Under the pieces are notes generated by a model. The model worked only from the letters and a program-made list of their open reading frames with translations. It was not told where the DNA came from and searched no databases. A program made the position numbers and the translations under genes. Shown here one piece after another: positions 1 to 10,900 of a stretch of DNA of 64,000 nucleotides; position 1 is the stretch's first letter; the number at the start of each line of letters is the position of its first letter. The DNA lies in assembly GCA_000992305.1 (NCBI GenBank), contig LBTY01000002.1, positions 37,490-101,489 of the forward strand. The letters run 5' to 3'. Source of the DNA: a candidate division TM6 bacterium GW2011_GWF2_38_10 (GTDB lineage Bacteria > Babelota > Babeliae > Babelales > RVW-14).

Positions 1-156
1 AAGTGGTGAAATGTGTTCAAATGCGTGGATACTTACCGGTGGCGAAATAAAAAGAGGAAGCGAGTGGGCACGTAGTTCTGAAAAATGTGTTTTTTTAGGG
101 GTGCATGCAGGAAATAGACATGCACCTAATAACAATAAAAAAAGAGTATGTATCAT
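1..156 (-). CDS. Partial (runs off window) putative lipoprotein
   Basis: Read manually: ATG at 156 gives MIHTLFLLLLGACLFPACTPKK..., open to base 1; hydrophobic leader plus lipobox-like FPAC; starts 8 nt after the rph stop. Confidence 0.6.
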   Translation of the reverse strand, partial: MIHTLFLLLLGACLFPACTPKKTHFSELRAHSLPLFISPPVSIHAFEHISPL

Positions 157-164
157 GTTTGGTT

Positions 165-1010
165 TTATGATTCCTTTTTTACAATTCTATTTCCAAGGCT
201 AAACAAAGCTGGTTTAATTGCGGCATTTTGAAAAGATTTTTTTTCGGGTGATGTTGCATGGTTAAATGAAAAGGAGGAATTTTGTTGATGATTTTGTGTA
301 TTATGTGCAAAAAGAGCATCAATACCTTTGCCTGCAAGTGTTTTCAGTTGTTCAAACTGTTGCCAAGTTACCGGTGTTTGTTCTGCGGTACCTTGTATTT
401 CAATAATGTGTTTTTCTTTGGTCATAATGATATTAAAGTCAGCATGAGCTTTGCTATCTTCTTCATAGTTGAGGTCTAACAGAGCTTGATCTTCAATAAA
501 ACCTACAGAGACTGCTGCTATTGCATGTTTAAAAACACCTTCTGGAATAAGGCGAGCTTGGGTCCAGCGAAAGATTGCTTTTTCAAGCGCAAGACTGGCG
601 GCGGTAATGGCGGCAACGCGTGTGCTTCCATCTGCTTGTAAAACGTCACAATCAATTTGAATAGTACGTTCACCAATTTTTGTTAAATCAACTGTAGTTC
701 GTAAACATCGACCAATAAGGCGAGATATTTCAACACTGCGAGAGTTGCGTTGAGTTTGTGATGATTCACGCATGGTACGTTGATGGGTTGCGCATGGAAG
801 CATTGCATATTCTGCGCTTAGCCATCCTGTTTTTTGCCCTTTTAAAAAAGGAGGAACACTTTGTTGTAAATTGACGGATGCAAGAACTTTGGTATTTCCA
901 AGTTCAATAAGCACGGATGCATCAGCAAAGCCAAGGGCATCATAAAAGATTTTAATTGATCTGATTTCATCAAAGGGGCGATTTTGATGTCGAGTAAATG
1001 ATGAGGTCAT
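165..1010 (-). CDS. rph: Ribonuclease PH
   Basis: GWLSAEYAMLP, EISRLIGR, IDCDVLQADGSTR, IEIQGTAE motifs. Confidence 0.97.
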   Translation of the reverse strand: MTSSFTRHQNRPFDEIRSIKIFYDALGFADASVLIELGNTKVLASVNLQQSVPPFLKGQKTGWLSAEYAMLPCATHQRTMRESSQTQRNSRSVEISRLIGRCLRTTVDLTKIGERTIQIDCDVLQADGSTRVAAITAASLALEKAIFRWTQARLIPEGVFKHAIAAVSVGFIEDQALLDLNYEEDSKAHADFNIIMTKEKHIIEIQGTAEQTPVTWQQFEQLKTLAGKGIDALFAHNTQNHQQNSSFSFNHATSPEKKSFQNAAIKPALFSLGNRIVKKES

Positions 1011-1032
1011 AGAAAATCCTTTTTAAATCTTT

Positions 1033-1068
1033 TAAAGAAAGGCCCGCTCATGAGCGGGCCTTTCTTTA
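1033..1068. terminator. Perfect 36-bp palindrome, likely intrinsic terminator after pnp
   Basis: TAAAGAAAGGCCCGCTCA/TGAGCGGGCCTTTCTTTA, T-rich tail on both strands. Confidence 0.75.
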
Positions 1069-1134
1069 TCAGTGAGCTTTTTACATTGTTTTCTTAAATT
1101 TTCGAGAAAACAAATTGATGACAAAAGATGTGAT

Positions 1135-3219
1135 TTATTCAAGCTCAGGAGCGACTAAGCGGATTCGATCCGTTTCTTTGTCATAAGCGGTAATCTTTAC
1201 CTGAAGTGTATCGCCAAGTTTGTAGTGATCATCAAAGGTGCGTTGTTTTGCTTTTGCTATAGTGGAGACATGAACAAGTCCTTCTTTGCCGGGAACAAGT
1301 TCTACGAAAATACCAAAATCGGTTACTCGGCGAATAATACCGGCATGGGTTGAGCCAACTTGAATATCGCCAGCAAGCATACGAACCCAGTTTTCTGCTT
1401 GAGTTGCTTGAGCGCCTTCTTTGGAGTAAATACGTACGCCACCATCGTCAGAGATATCAATTTGGGTACTGGTTTTTGCAATAATTTCTTTAATAACTTT
1501 ACCAGCAGGTCCAATAATGGCACCAATTTTATCAACAGGAACTTTAAAGAAAAGTACACGCGGTGCGTTCATTGAAAGTTCTTTACGTGGGGCGGTTAGT
1601 GTTTTGCGCATTTCATTGAGAATATGAAGTCGTCCTCTTTTTGCTTGTTCCAAAGCTTGAATAAAGACTTCGCGTGGTAATCCATATTTGTCTTTGATGT
1701 CAAGCTGGAATGCCATAATACCCGTTTCAGTTCCCGTAACTTTGAAATCCATGAGACCAAACGCATCTTCATCACCTAAAATATCGGTGAGGATGTAATA
1801 TTTTTTATTTTCATCTCTAAGCAATCCCATCGCAACACCAGCGACAATATTTTTAATTGGCACGCCAGCATCCATAAGCGCAAGGGATGTTGAGCATACG
1901 CTAGCCATTGATGAAGAACCATTGGATTCAAGAATGTCAACTACGGAGCGAATGGTGTAAGGAAATTCGTCTTGTTTAGGAAGAACATTGATAAATGATG
2001 TTTCGGCAAGGTAGCCATGACCGATTTCTCGACGTCCAGCGCCGCGTAACGGTTTAACTTCGCCTGTTGCAAATGGGGGAAAGTTGTAGTGAAGCATGAA
2101 TGATCGTTCTTGCAACCCGCCTAAAAAGTGTTCAACCTTTTGAGCATCTTGTGCTGTACCAAGCGTTAAACTTGCCATTGCATGGGTTTCTCCACGACGA
2201 AATGACGCAGACCCGTGGGTGCATGGAAGTAGTGAAACTTCAGATTCAATTTGGCGGACTTGTTCAAAGCCACGAAGGTCAAGGCGAGCATTTTTTTGTG
2301 CAACTGTTTCAGCGAGTTGTTCTTTGATTAATGATTCAAACAAAAAGTCGATAGCTTTTTTTGATATTTTTTCTTCTTCTATGGCTAGTTTGTGCTGTTC
2401 ATAAAGTTGTTCTTGTAAAGACGCCATAGTGTTACGACGAATGTCTTTTGATGGGTCAAAAAGTTGTGTAACGAAGTTTTTAGGAAGTGATTTTTTGATT
2501 GTTTCTTTCCAGGATTCCCAATCATAAGGAGCTGCTGGTTCATTTTTTACAACATTCAATGCTTTTTGAATATCAAGTTGCCATTGAATTTGTTGTTTAA
2601 TGATTTCATGAGCATTAAAAAGAAGATCAACGAGTTCTTCTTCTTGTACTTCATTACAGTGACCTTCTACCATGCAAATACCGTTGATTGTTCCAGCTAT
2701 GGTAATATCAGAATCTGATTGTGCGATTTCTTCGTGGGTAAGGTTAAATTTCCATTCGCCATTGATTTTACTTGCTTGGACTGCGCCGACAGGTCCCATA
2801 AAAGGAATTGGCGATATGGTGAGCGCAAGTGATGCACCAATGATTGAGAGAATGCTTGCGGGAAATTTTCCATCAGAAGAAAATACCGAACACATAACTT
2901 GAACTTCATTAAAGTAGTATGGAGGAAATAAAGGGCGAATAGGGCGGTCAATGTTACGAGAGGAAAGAACTTCAGCATCACTGAGTTTACCTTCTCTTTT
3001 AACATAACCACCAGGAATTCTTCCAGCGGCAGTAGGGCGTTCGCGATATTCAACGGTCAACGGAAAAAAGCCACCAAATTCTTTTGCATCTTTGGTAGCA
3101 ACGGCAGTGGCCAAAACAATGGTATTTCCGGCTTTAATCCACGCAGAACCATCAGCCTGGCGTGCAAACTTGCCTATCTCAACTTCTAAACCCAATTCAG
3201 GTAAACGAAAAACTTTCAT
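1135..3219 (-). CDS. pnp: Polyribonucleotide nucleotidyltransferase (PNPase)
   Basis: FFPLTVEYRE, RREIGHG, LESNGSSSMAS, KH (IGPAGKVIK) and S1 domains; start ATG 3219 chosen after GAGG SD. Confidence 0.98.
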   Translation of the reverse strand: MKVFRLPELGLEVEIGKFARQADGSAWIKAGNTIVLATAVATKDAKEFGGFFPLTVEYRERPTAAGRIPGGYVKREGKLSDAEVLSSRNIDRPIRPLFPPYYFNEVQVMCSVFSSDGKFPASILSIIGASLALTISPIPFMGPVGAVQASKINGEWKFNLTHEEIAQSDSDITIAGTINGICMVEGHCNEVQEEELVDLLFNAHEIIKQQIQWQLDIQKALNVVKNEPAAPYDWESWKETIKKSLPKNFVTQLFDPSKDIRRNTMASLQEQLYEQHKLAIEEEKISKKAIDFLFESLIKEQLAETVAQKNARLDLRGFEQVRQIESEVSLLPCTHGSASFRRGETHAMASLTLGTAQDAQKVEHFLGGLQERSFMLHYNFPPFATGEVKPLRGAGRREIGHGYLAETSFINVLPKQDEFPYTIRSVVDILESNGSSSMASVCSTSLALMDAGVPIKNIVAGVAMGLLRDENKKYYILTDILGDEDAFGLMDFKVTGTETGIMAFQLDIKDKYGLPREVFIQALEQAKRGRLHILNEMRKTLTAPRKELSMNAPRVLFFKVPVDKIGAIIGPAGKVIKEIIAKTSTQIDISDDGGVRIYSKEGAQATQAENWVRMLAGDIQVGSTHAGIIRRVTDFGIFVELVPGKEGLVHVSTIAKAKQRTFDDHYKLGDTLQVKITAYDKETDRIRLVAPELE

Positions 3220-3476
3220 AAAGAGCCTCACTTTGACGATATTAAATAAAAAGTTTGCAAAACATCAGGTACTGTGTATTTCACATCTTTCAACAACCAA
3301 ATTGGTGTTGAAATTTGGATTCAAGCAACGAGGGTCAAAATGTATTGACGTCACGTTGCTTAGCCCAATTGTTAATGCCTCAATTATATGTTGAAAAAAC
3401 ACTATATTTCCCAAAACAAAATCAGAGATTACCATTGTTGTGATTTTGCCTTTAAAAAAATAATAAATGCTTTGTA

Positions 3477-3734
3477 TTAACGAATTAATTGAGAAACCTT
3501 TTCAAAACTTTGACGATCATTTAGTTTAAGATAATTCATCAACGCTTTTCTTTTGCCAACCAATTTTACAAGGCCAAGCTGTGAATGTTTATCTTTAGGA
3601 AATGATTTAAGATGATCAGAAATACTGTTAATTCTTTCTGATAAAAGACCAATTTGTACCTCGCACGAACCAACATCTTGTGCGTTTTTTTTGAACTGAT
3701 CAATGATCTGACTTTTTTGTTCTTTTGTTAACAT
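3477..3734 (-). CDS. rpsO: 30S ribosomal protein S15
   Basis: DVGSCEVQIGLLSERI..HLK..PKDKHS..GL..LVGKRK; true start ATG 3734 (ORF-track extension overlaps tRNA-Val). Confidence 0.96.
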   Translation of the reverse strand: MLTKEQKSQIIDQFKKNAQDVGSCEVQIGLLSERINSISDHLKSFPKDKHSQLGLVKLVGKRKALMNYLKLNDRQSFEKVSQLIR

Positions 3735-3784
3735 GTATATGCTCCGAGCAATTAGTAATATTTTAAACGTTTTTTTCAAATAAA

Positions 3785-3857
3785 TAGGCGCGAGCGGATT
3801 CGAACCGCTGACCCTTGCTACGTCAAAGCAATGCTCTGCCAACTGAGCTACGCGCCT
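3785..3857 (-). tRNA. tRNA-Val(GAC), CCA not encoded
   Basis: AGGCGCG acceptor stem, TTGCT-TTGACGT-AGCAA anticodon arm, GGTTCGAATCC T-arm. Confidence 0.95.
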
Positions 3858-3870
3858 GATTAGAAAGAAT

Positions 3871-6800
3871 TTAGTTATTTAAAGAAATATTGTCAAGCAT
3901 AACTTCCATTTGTTCTTCCTCTCGGGCTTTTTTTTCTAAATCAGAAATTGATTCGCCCAAGTGTTTTTTATTGAAAGATGGAATGCCTGTTCCAGCTGGA
4001 ATTAGTTTACCAATAACTATATTTTCTTTCAAGCCATATAAATAATCAATTTGTCCGGCGAGTGATGCTTCAGTCAATACTCGTGTTGTTTCTTGGAATG
4101 AAGCAGCAGAGATGAAGCTTTCAGTGCCGAGCGATGCTTTTGTTATACCCATCAAAATAGGACGAGCAATAGCAACGCGACGACCTTCCTTTGCCATTAA
4201 TCGATTAACAGCTTGTAAATGTATTTTGTCGATACGATCGCCCACGACAAAATTTGTGTCACCAGAATCAGTGATACGAACTTTGCGTAACATTTGTCGA
4301 ACAATAACTTCAATATGCTTATCGTTAATATCTACACCCTGTAAGGTATAAATGGCTTGCACTTCGCGGACAATGTATGCTTGTGCTTGGTCTGGACCAA
4401 GGATGCGTAAAATATCGTGTACGTTAGGCATTCCTGAGGAAAGTGCGTCACCAGCTTTTACTTTTTCACCGTCTTCAATATTGAGATGGCGATTACGTGG
4501 AACGTTATATTCAAAGACTTCGCCCTCATCGGTTGTGATGGTTATTCTGCGTTGTCCACGATGTACGCCTCCAAAGTTTACCACACCATCAGCATCCGCC
4601 AATATTGCAATATCTTTAGGCATACGGGCTTCAAATAATTCAGTAATACGAGGCAAACCACCGGTGATATCACGGGCCTTCTTTTCTTCACGTGGAAGAC
4701 GAGCTAACACGTCACCCGGTTGCACAATGCTTTTATCTTCGATGGAGATAATTGTTCCTGTTGGCAAGAAATAACGTCCAAGTTCGCCGCCGTCTTTGTC
4801 AATAATTGCAATACATGGTTGACGTTTTTCATCACGACGTTCAAGTACAATTTTTCGTGATTTACCAACGGCTTCATCAAACTGTTCTTGATAGGTAACG
4901 TTTTCAACTAAGTCGACAAATTGTACAAAGCCTGATTTTTCCGTAAGAATTACTTTAAATGGATCCCATTCTGCTAGTTTAGTTCCAGCTTCAATCTGTA
5001 CGCCATCTTCAACAAGCAAAATTGTTCCGTATTCAAGCCTAAATTCTTCAAGCTCGCGACCATCATCAGATACAATAACTAATTTTGATCGGCGGTTCAT
5101 AACAACGTTTTGGTTGTTACGATTTTTCATGGTGTGAATACCTTTAAATAAAGTTTTACCGCTTGTTTTTGACTTAAAGTATGCTTCCTCGGCAAGTCCA
5201 CTGGCGGCACCACCAACGTGGAACGTTCTCATGGTAAGCTGTGTTCCAGGTTCACCAATCGATTGTGCTGCAATAATACCAGCGGCCGTACCAATATCAA
5301 CAAGGTTAAGTGTTGATAGGTCCATACCATAACATTGTGCGCAGATACCGCGTTTTGCCGCACATGTCAACGCTGAACGCACGGCTATTTCGTTGACAGC
5401 AGAATCACGAAGTTGTTCTACAATAGCATGAGTTATCATTTCTCCTTGCTTGATAATAAGTTTACCAGAGAAGGGGTCGATAACGTCTTCTGCTGTTATC
5501 CTTCCAAATACGCGATCTGCTAGTGGAATAATGGTTTCACCAGCTTCCTTTAAGCTTGTTAATCTAACGCTGCCGAGAGTTTGACAATCGGCTTGAGTTA
5601 CCACAACGTCTTGAGCAACGTCCACAAGACGACGTGTTAAGTAACCAGAGTCGGCAGTTTTAAGTGCTGTATCAGCAAGACCTTTACGTGCACCGTGTGT
5701 AGAAACGAAATATTCGAATACACTTAAACCTTCTTTAAAGTTTGCCAAAACGGGTGTTTCCATAATTTCGCCTGTTGGCTTTGCCATGAGACCTCTCATT
5801 GCGGCCAGCTGACGGATTTGTTGGCGTGAACCACGAGCTCCTGAATCAAGCATCATAAATACCGGATTAAAAGGCATTGTTGAGCTATCTTCGTTGAGCG
5901 AAGCTTTTTGATCCTCTTTTTCAAGGATCGAAATCATTTCTTTAGTAACGTCTTCAGTCGTATGTGCCCAAATTTGAATAACTTTATTATAACGTTCACC
6001 ATTGGTAATGGCACCATCAAGATACAATGCTTCGGCTTTTTCAACTTCTTTTTTACGTTCGGCAATAATTTTTGCTTTTGATTCTGGAATAATTAAGTTT
6101 TCAATAGAAAGTGATATACCACCTCGTGTTGCATAACTAAAACCCAGGTGTTTAATGTTATCAAGAGCAATAACTGTTTTTTCTGGTCCACAAACCTTGT
6201 ACATTCTTTCAACAAGTTTAACAAGATCTTTTTTCTTAACCACCTTGTTAACCCAATTAAAATCGGCTGATTCGGGGAGTGATTCATAAATAATAACACG
6301 TCCAACAGTGGTTTCTACAATCGTGTTGTTTGGTAGGCGAACTTTTATAGGAGCTTGAATATGAAGTTTGCCGTGTTGATAAGCATAAATAACTTCTTCA
6401 ATGCTTGAAAATGCGAGGCCTTGCCCAGCAACATTTTTGCGTCCCTTGGTCATGTAATACAAACCAAGAACCATATCCTGGGATGGAACGGTAATTGGAC
6501 GACCACTTGATGGAGACAAAATATTGTTTGTTGAAAGCATAAGTCGTTCAGCTTCAAGACGTGATTTTTTGCTCAATAAAACGTGAACTGCCATTTGGTC
6601 ACCGTCAAAGTCTGCGTTAAATGCAGAACAGACAAGTGGGTGTAGTTTTATGGCTTTACCTTCAACAAGCATTGGATAAAATGCTTGAATACCAAGACGG
6701 TGAAGCGTTGGTGCACGGTTTAATAATACCGGGCGATTGTGAACAACAGCTTCAAGTGCGCCCCATACTTCTGGTGTCATTTCTTCAACCATTCGCTTTG

Positions 6801-7998
6801 CAACACGAAGATTGAGTGCATCTTCTCGTCTTTGCAATTCAACGTAAATATAAGGTTTGAATAACTCAAGAGCCATCAATTTAGGCAATCCGCATTGATG
6901 CATTTTAAGTTCAGGATCAACAACAATAACCGAACGACCTGAATAGTCGACACGTTTACCCAATAAGTTTTGACGGAAACGACCTTGTTTACCACGAAGC
7001 ATTTCACTTAATGATTTTAATGGGCGACGATTTGATCCACGAACAGGTTGTCCTCGACGACCATTATCAATGAGGGCGTCAACCGATTCTTGAAGCATTC
7101 GTTTTTCATTTTTGATGATAACGTCGGGAGCTTCAAGTTCTATAAGCCTTTTTAAACGTATGTTTCTGTTTAAAACACGGCGGTACAAATCATTTAGGTC
7201 TGAACTTGCAAAACGGCCACCTTCCAATGGTACTAATGGACGTAGTCCTGGAGGAAGTACGGGAAGAACTTCCATAATAATCCATTCAGGACGAATGTTT
7301 GCTTGTGCAAGTTCTGTGAGAACCTTGTATCGTTTTGCTAATCTGTGTTTTAGTGAAACAGAGGTGTTTTGTTCATATTCATCTTGTACTTTGCGTGCTT
7401 CAAATTGCAAATCAATCATAGCAAGAATGCTGCGAATAGCTTCTGCACCCATTTCAGCTTTAAAGGTAATATCATCTTGGTGAGTGTATTGATATTCCTC
7501 TTTTTCCTGCGTGCTGATGAGTGTTTTGTATGGATATGGGGAGCTTCCCTGATTGATAACAATGTAACTATCAAAATAAATAACTCGTTCTAAGTCACGA
7601 ACAGTCATTCCTGTTATTAAACTTAAATAACTAGGAATACCTTTGAGGTACCAAATATGACATACGGGTGACACGAGATTAATGTGGCCCATACGTTCAC
7701 GACGTACACGAGCTTGAATTACTTCGACACCACATTTTTCACAGGTTACACCACGATGCTTCATTCGTTTATATTTTCCGCAGTTACATTCCCAGTTTTT
7801 AACTGGACCGAATATGCGTGCGCAAAACAAACCGTCACGCTCAGGTTTGAGCGTGCGGTAGTTTATTGTTTCTATCTTTTTTACTTCACCATATGAAAGT
7901 GAACGAATTTTTTCTGGCGAAGCAATTCCGATTCGCATTGCGTTAAACTGAGTTGAATGAATATATTCTCGAAATCTTTCAAGCATTTTATTATTCAC
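3871..7998 (-). CDS. rpoC: RNA polymerase beta' subunit
   Basis: NADFDGD catalytic motif, N-terminal Zn ribbon, proteobacterial-type trigger-loop insertion. Confidence 0.99.
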   Translation of the reverse strand: MNNKMLERFREYIHSTQFNAMRIGIASPEKIRSLSYGEVKKIETINYRTLKPERDGLFCARIFGPVKNWECNCGKYKRMKHRGVTCEKCGVEVIQARVRRERMGHINLVSPVCHIWYLKGIPSYLSLITGMTVRDLERVIYFDSYIVINQGSSPYPYKTLISTQEKEEYQYTHQDDITFKAEMGAEAIRSILAMIDLQFEARKVQDEYEQNTSVSLKHRLAKRYKVLTELAQANIRPEWIIMEVLPVLPPGLRPLVPLEGGRFASSDLNDLYRRVLNRNIRLKRLIELEAPDVIIKNEKRMLQESVDALIDNGRRGQPVRGSNRRPLKSLSEMLRGKQGRFRQNLLGKRVDYSGRSVIVVDPELKMHQCGLPKLMALELFKPYIYVELQRREDALNLRVAKRMVEEMTPEVWGALEAVVHNRPVLLNRAPTLHRLGIQAFYPMLVEGKAIKLHPLVCSAFNADFDGDQMAVHVLLSKKSRLEAERLMLSTNNILSPSSGRPITVPSQDMVLGLYYMTKGRKNVAGQGLAFSSIEEVIYAYQHGKLHIQAPIKVRLPNNTIVETTVGRVIIYESLPESADFNWVNKVVKKKDLVKLVERMYKVCGPEKTVIALDNIKHLGFSYATRGGISLSIENLIIPESKAKIIAERKKEVEKAEALYLDGAITNGERYNKVIQIWAHTTEDVTKEMISILEKEDQKASLNEDSSTMPFNPVFMMLDSGARGSRQQIRQLAAMRGLMAKPTGEIMETPVLANFKEGLSVFEYFVSTHGARKGLADTALKTADSGYLTRRLVDVAQDVVVTQADCQTLGSVRLTSLKEAGETIIPLADRVFGRITAEDVIDPFSGKLIIKQGEMITHAIVEQLRDSAVNEIAVRSALTCAAKRGICAQCYGMDLSTLNLVDIGTAAGIIAAQSIGEPGTQLTMRTFHVGGAASGLAEEAYFKSKTSGKTLFKGIHTMKNRNNQNVVMNRRSKLVIVSDDGRELEEFRLEYGTILLVEDGVQIEAGTKLAEWDPFKVILTEKSGFVQFVDLVENVTYQEQFDEAVGKSRKIVLERRDEKRQPCIAIIDKDGGELGRYFLPTGTIISIEDKSIVQPGDVLARLPREEKKARDITGGLPRITELFEARMPKDIAILADADGVVNFGGVHRGQRRITITTDEGEVFEYNVPRNRHLNIEDGEKVKAGDALSSGMPNVHDILRILGPDQAQAYIVREVQAIYTLQGVDINDKHIEVIVRQMLRKVRITDSGDTNFVVGDRIDKIHLQAVNRLMAKEGRRVAIARPILMGITKASLGTESFISAASFQETTRVLTEASLAGQIDYLYGLKENIVIGKLIPAGTGIPSFNKKHLGESISDLEKKAREEEQMEVMLDNISLNN

Positions 7999-10900
7999 CG
8001 AACTGCTCCTTACTGGTCTTAATAAGATCGACTTCTAACCCTAAACTTTGAAGTTCTTTTACCAATACGTTAAATGATTCTGGAACTCCGGCCTCTGGAA
8101 CTTCATCCCCGCGTACAATCGATTCATAAGCTTTTATACGACCATTGGTATCGTCTGATTTAAGCGTAAGCATTTCTTGTAACGTGTAGGCGGCACCATA
8201 AGCATACAATGCCCACACTTCCATTTCTCCAAGACGTTGTCCACCAAATTGAGCTTTACCACCGAGCGGTTGTTGTGTAATTAATGAGTATGGACCAACT
8301 GAACGTGCGTGAAGTTTATCATCTGCTAAGTGATTAAGTTTCATCATATAAATTTTACCAACAGTAACAGGTTGATCAAATTGTTCACCTGTTCGACCAT
8401 CAAAAAGCCTGTACATACCATTAACTGGCAGATCAAGACTTTTAAGCAGTGGTTGTATCTCTTTATGATAATCAGCGCCTGCAAAGATAGGTGTTTTAAT
8501 AGCGACACCTTTTTGTGCAGTTTGTTTTGCGAGCTCTAAAACTTCATCTTTACCATATGTTTTTTCAAGTGTTTTTATAAGTTCCGAGTCGTAAAATGCA
8601 ATAAGTTGTTTTTTAATTTCATCGTAACTTTGATCAACAATTTTTTGTGCAAATTCTCGACCAAGTTTTTCGCCGGCCATTCCCATAATTGTTTCAAGGA
8701 GCTGGCCAAGGTTCATACGACCAGGTATACCGAGCGGATTAAGCACGATATCAACAGGTTGGCCTGATTCAAGATATGGCATATCTTCAAGATTTAAAAT
8801 ACGAGAGACCACACCTTTGTTACCGTGACGACCTGCAACTTTATCACCAACCGAAATACGACGTTTATTGGCAACATAAACTTTGATCATTTTAATAACG
8901 CCTGATGGAAGTTCGTCACCTTTTCTTAATTGGCTAATACGATCTTCTTTTAGTGCGTTAAGTACGTGTATTTGATTGTTATAAATTTCTTTGTAATGTG
9001 CTATTTGAGCATCAATATCTTTATCTTTGGTGATAAGATCTAGGAGTTTTTCTAATTGATCTTTATCGGATGCTCCTTTGATTTTACCAGCGGCAAGAAT
9101 AGCGAGTACCTTGTCTTTCATTCCTTGGCGGAGAATATGGATGTGGAATTCATGAAGCTCTTCAATTGTTGCTGTTTCTTTTTGTACATATTCTTTATAA
9201 CGCTTGTCTTTTCGGATACCACTTCTTGAGAATATTTTTACGTCTACAACTGTACCCTCTATTCCAGGTGGTACACGCAACGATGTATCACGAATTTCTC
9301 GTGATTTTTCTCCAAATATTGCTCGTAAAAGTTTTTCTTCTGGTGATACTTGAATATCTCCCTTGAGTGTTACCTTACCAGTAAGAATATCTCCAGGTTT
9401 TACACGGGTTCCAATTTTTACAACACCATCATCATCAAGTGCTGCAAGTTCTTTTTCTGATACGTTTGGAATATCGCGTGTAATTTCTTCTGCACCAAGT
9501 TTGGTTTCACGTGCTTCGACAATAAATTCTTCAACGTGAACAGAGGTGAAAACATCATCAGCGACAAGGCGTTTACTCATTAATACCGAATCTTCAAAGT
9601 TGTAACCTTGCCATGGCATAAAGGCAACAAGGACATCGTTACCAAGTGCAAGCTCACCATTCTTTGTTGCAGCTCCATCAGCGATAACATCGCCGCGTTC
9701 AACAACATCACCAACCCTAACAATTGGATTATAATGAATCCAGGTATTGTGACTTGAACGACCAAACTTTTTGAGATTGTAAATCTCAATAGGTTTGGCA
9801 AACCAAGAATCTTGAGTTGCTGAAGCATCGTCTATGCGAATAATAATTTTATCGCTTGAGACGTATTCAACGCGTCCACCTTCTTTAGCTTTGATAACAG
9901 CACCTTCAAGAGAACCAACTTCAAGCTCCATACCTGTTCCTACCATTGGAGCTGTACATCGAATAAGAGGTACTGATTGACGTTGCATGTTTGATCCCAT
10001 AAGGGCACGGTTTGCGTCATCGTGTTCCAAGAATGGAATTAATGCGGTTGGAACTGAGAATATTTGTCGAGGAGATGCGTCAACGTAAGTAATCGTTGAT
10101 GAATCAACAAGCAAAATATTACCATTTTTTCGGGCAAGAACTTTTTCTGTAGCTATCTTGTTGTTTTTATCAAGAGGAATTGCTGCTTGAGCTATTGTCT
10201 CTCCTTGTTCTTGAAAGGCATCAAGGTAGAGAACTTCATCTTGTACTACGCCATTTTTCACTGGGCGATATGGAGTTTCAATAAAACCAAGTTCGTTAAC
10301 CTTGGCATAGGTTGATAATGAGGAAATCAAACCAATGTTTTGTCCTTCTGGTGTTTCAATAGGACAAATTCTTCCATAGTGTGATGTATGAACGTCACGA
10401 ACTTCGAAGGTAACGCGCTCTCGAGTAATACCTCCAGGTCCGAGTGCAGAAAGTCTTCTTTTATGCGCCATCTCTGCAAGTGGATTTGTTTGATCCATAA
10501 ATTGAGATAATTGCCCTGTCCCAAAAAATTCTCGAAGTACTGCGGCGAGAGGTTTAACGTTTAAAAAGTCGTAAGGCATTAACGCAACATAATTTTCTTG
10601 TAATCTAAAGCGTTCTTTTACAATACGTTCAAGACGCGCAAACCCGATATATAATTGGCTTTGCAAGAGTTCACCGACAAGACGAATGCCTCGGTTTCCA
10701 AGATGATCGATATCGTCAAGTTCGCCTTCACCGCGTTCTTTAAGCATAACAAGGTATTTGACTGTTGCAATAATATCTTCCTTGGTCAAATGAGTAATAT
10801 CTTCGCTGACATTTAAACCAAGTTTACGGTTAGTACGTATTCTTCCAACGATCGTAAGATCGTACATACGAGGATTAAAGAATAAGCTTTGAATGTATTC

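Noticed and set aside
3735..3842. N-terminal extension of S15 in the ORF track
   Set aside because: It is a translation of the tRNA-Val gene; the real start is ATG 3734
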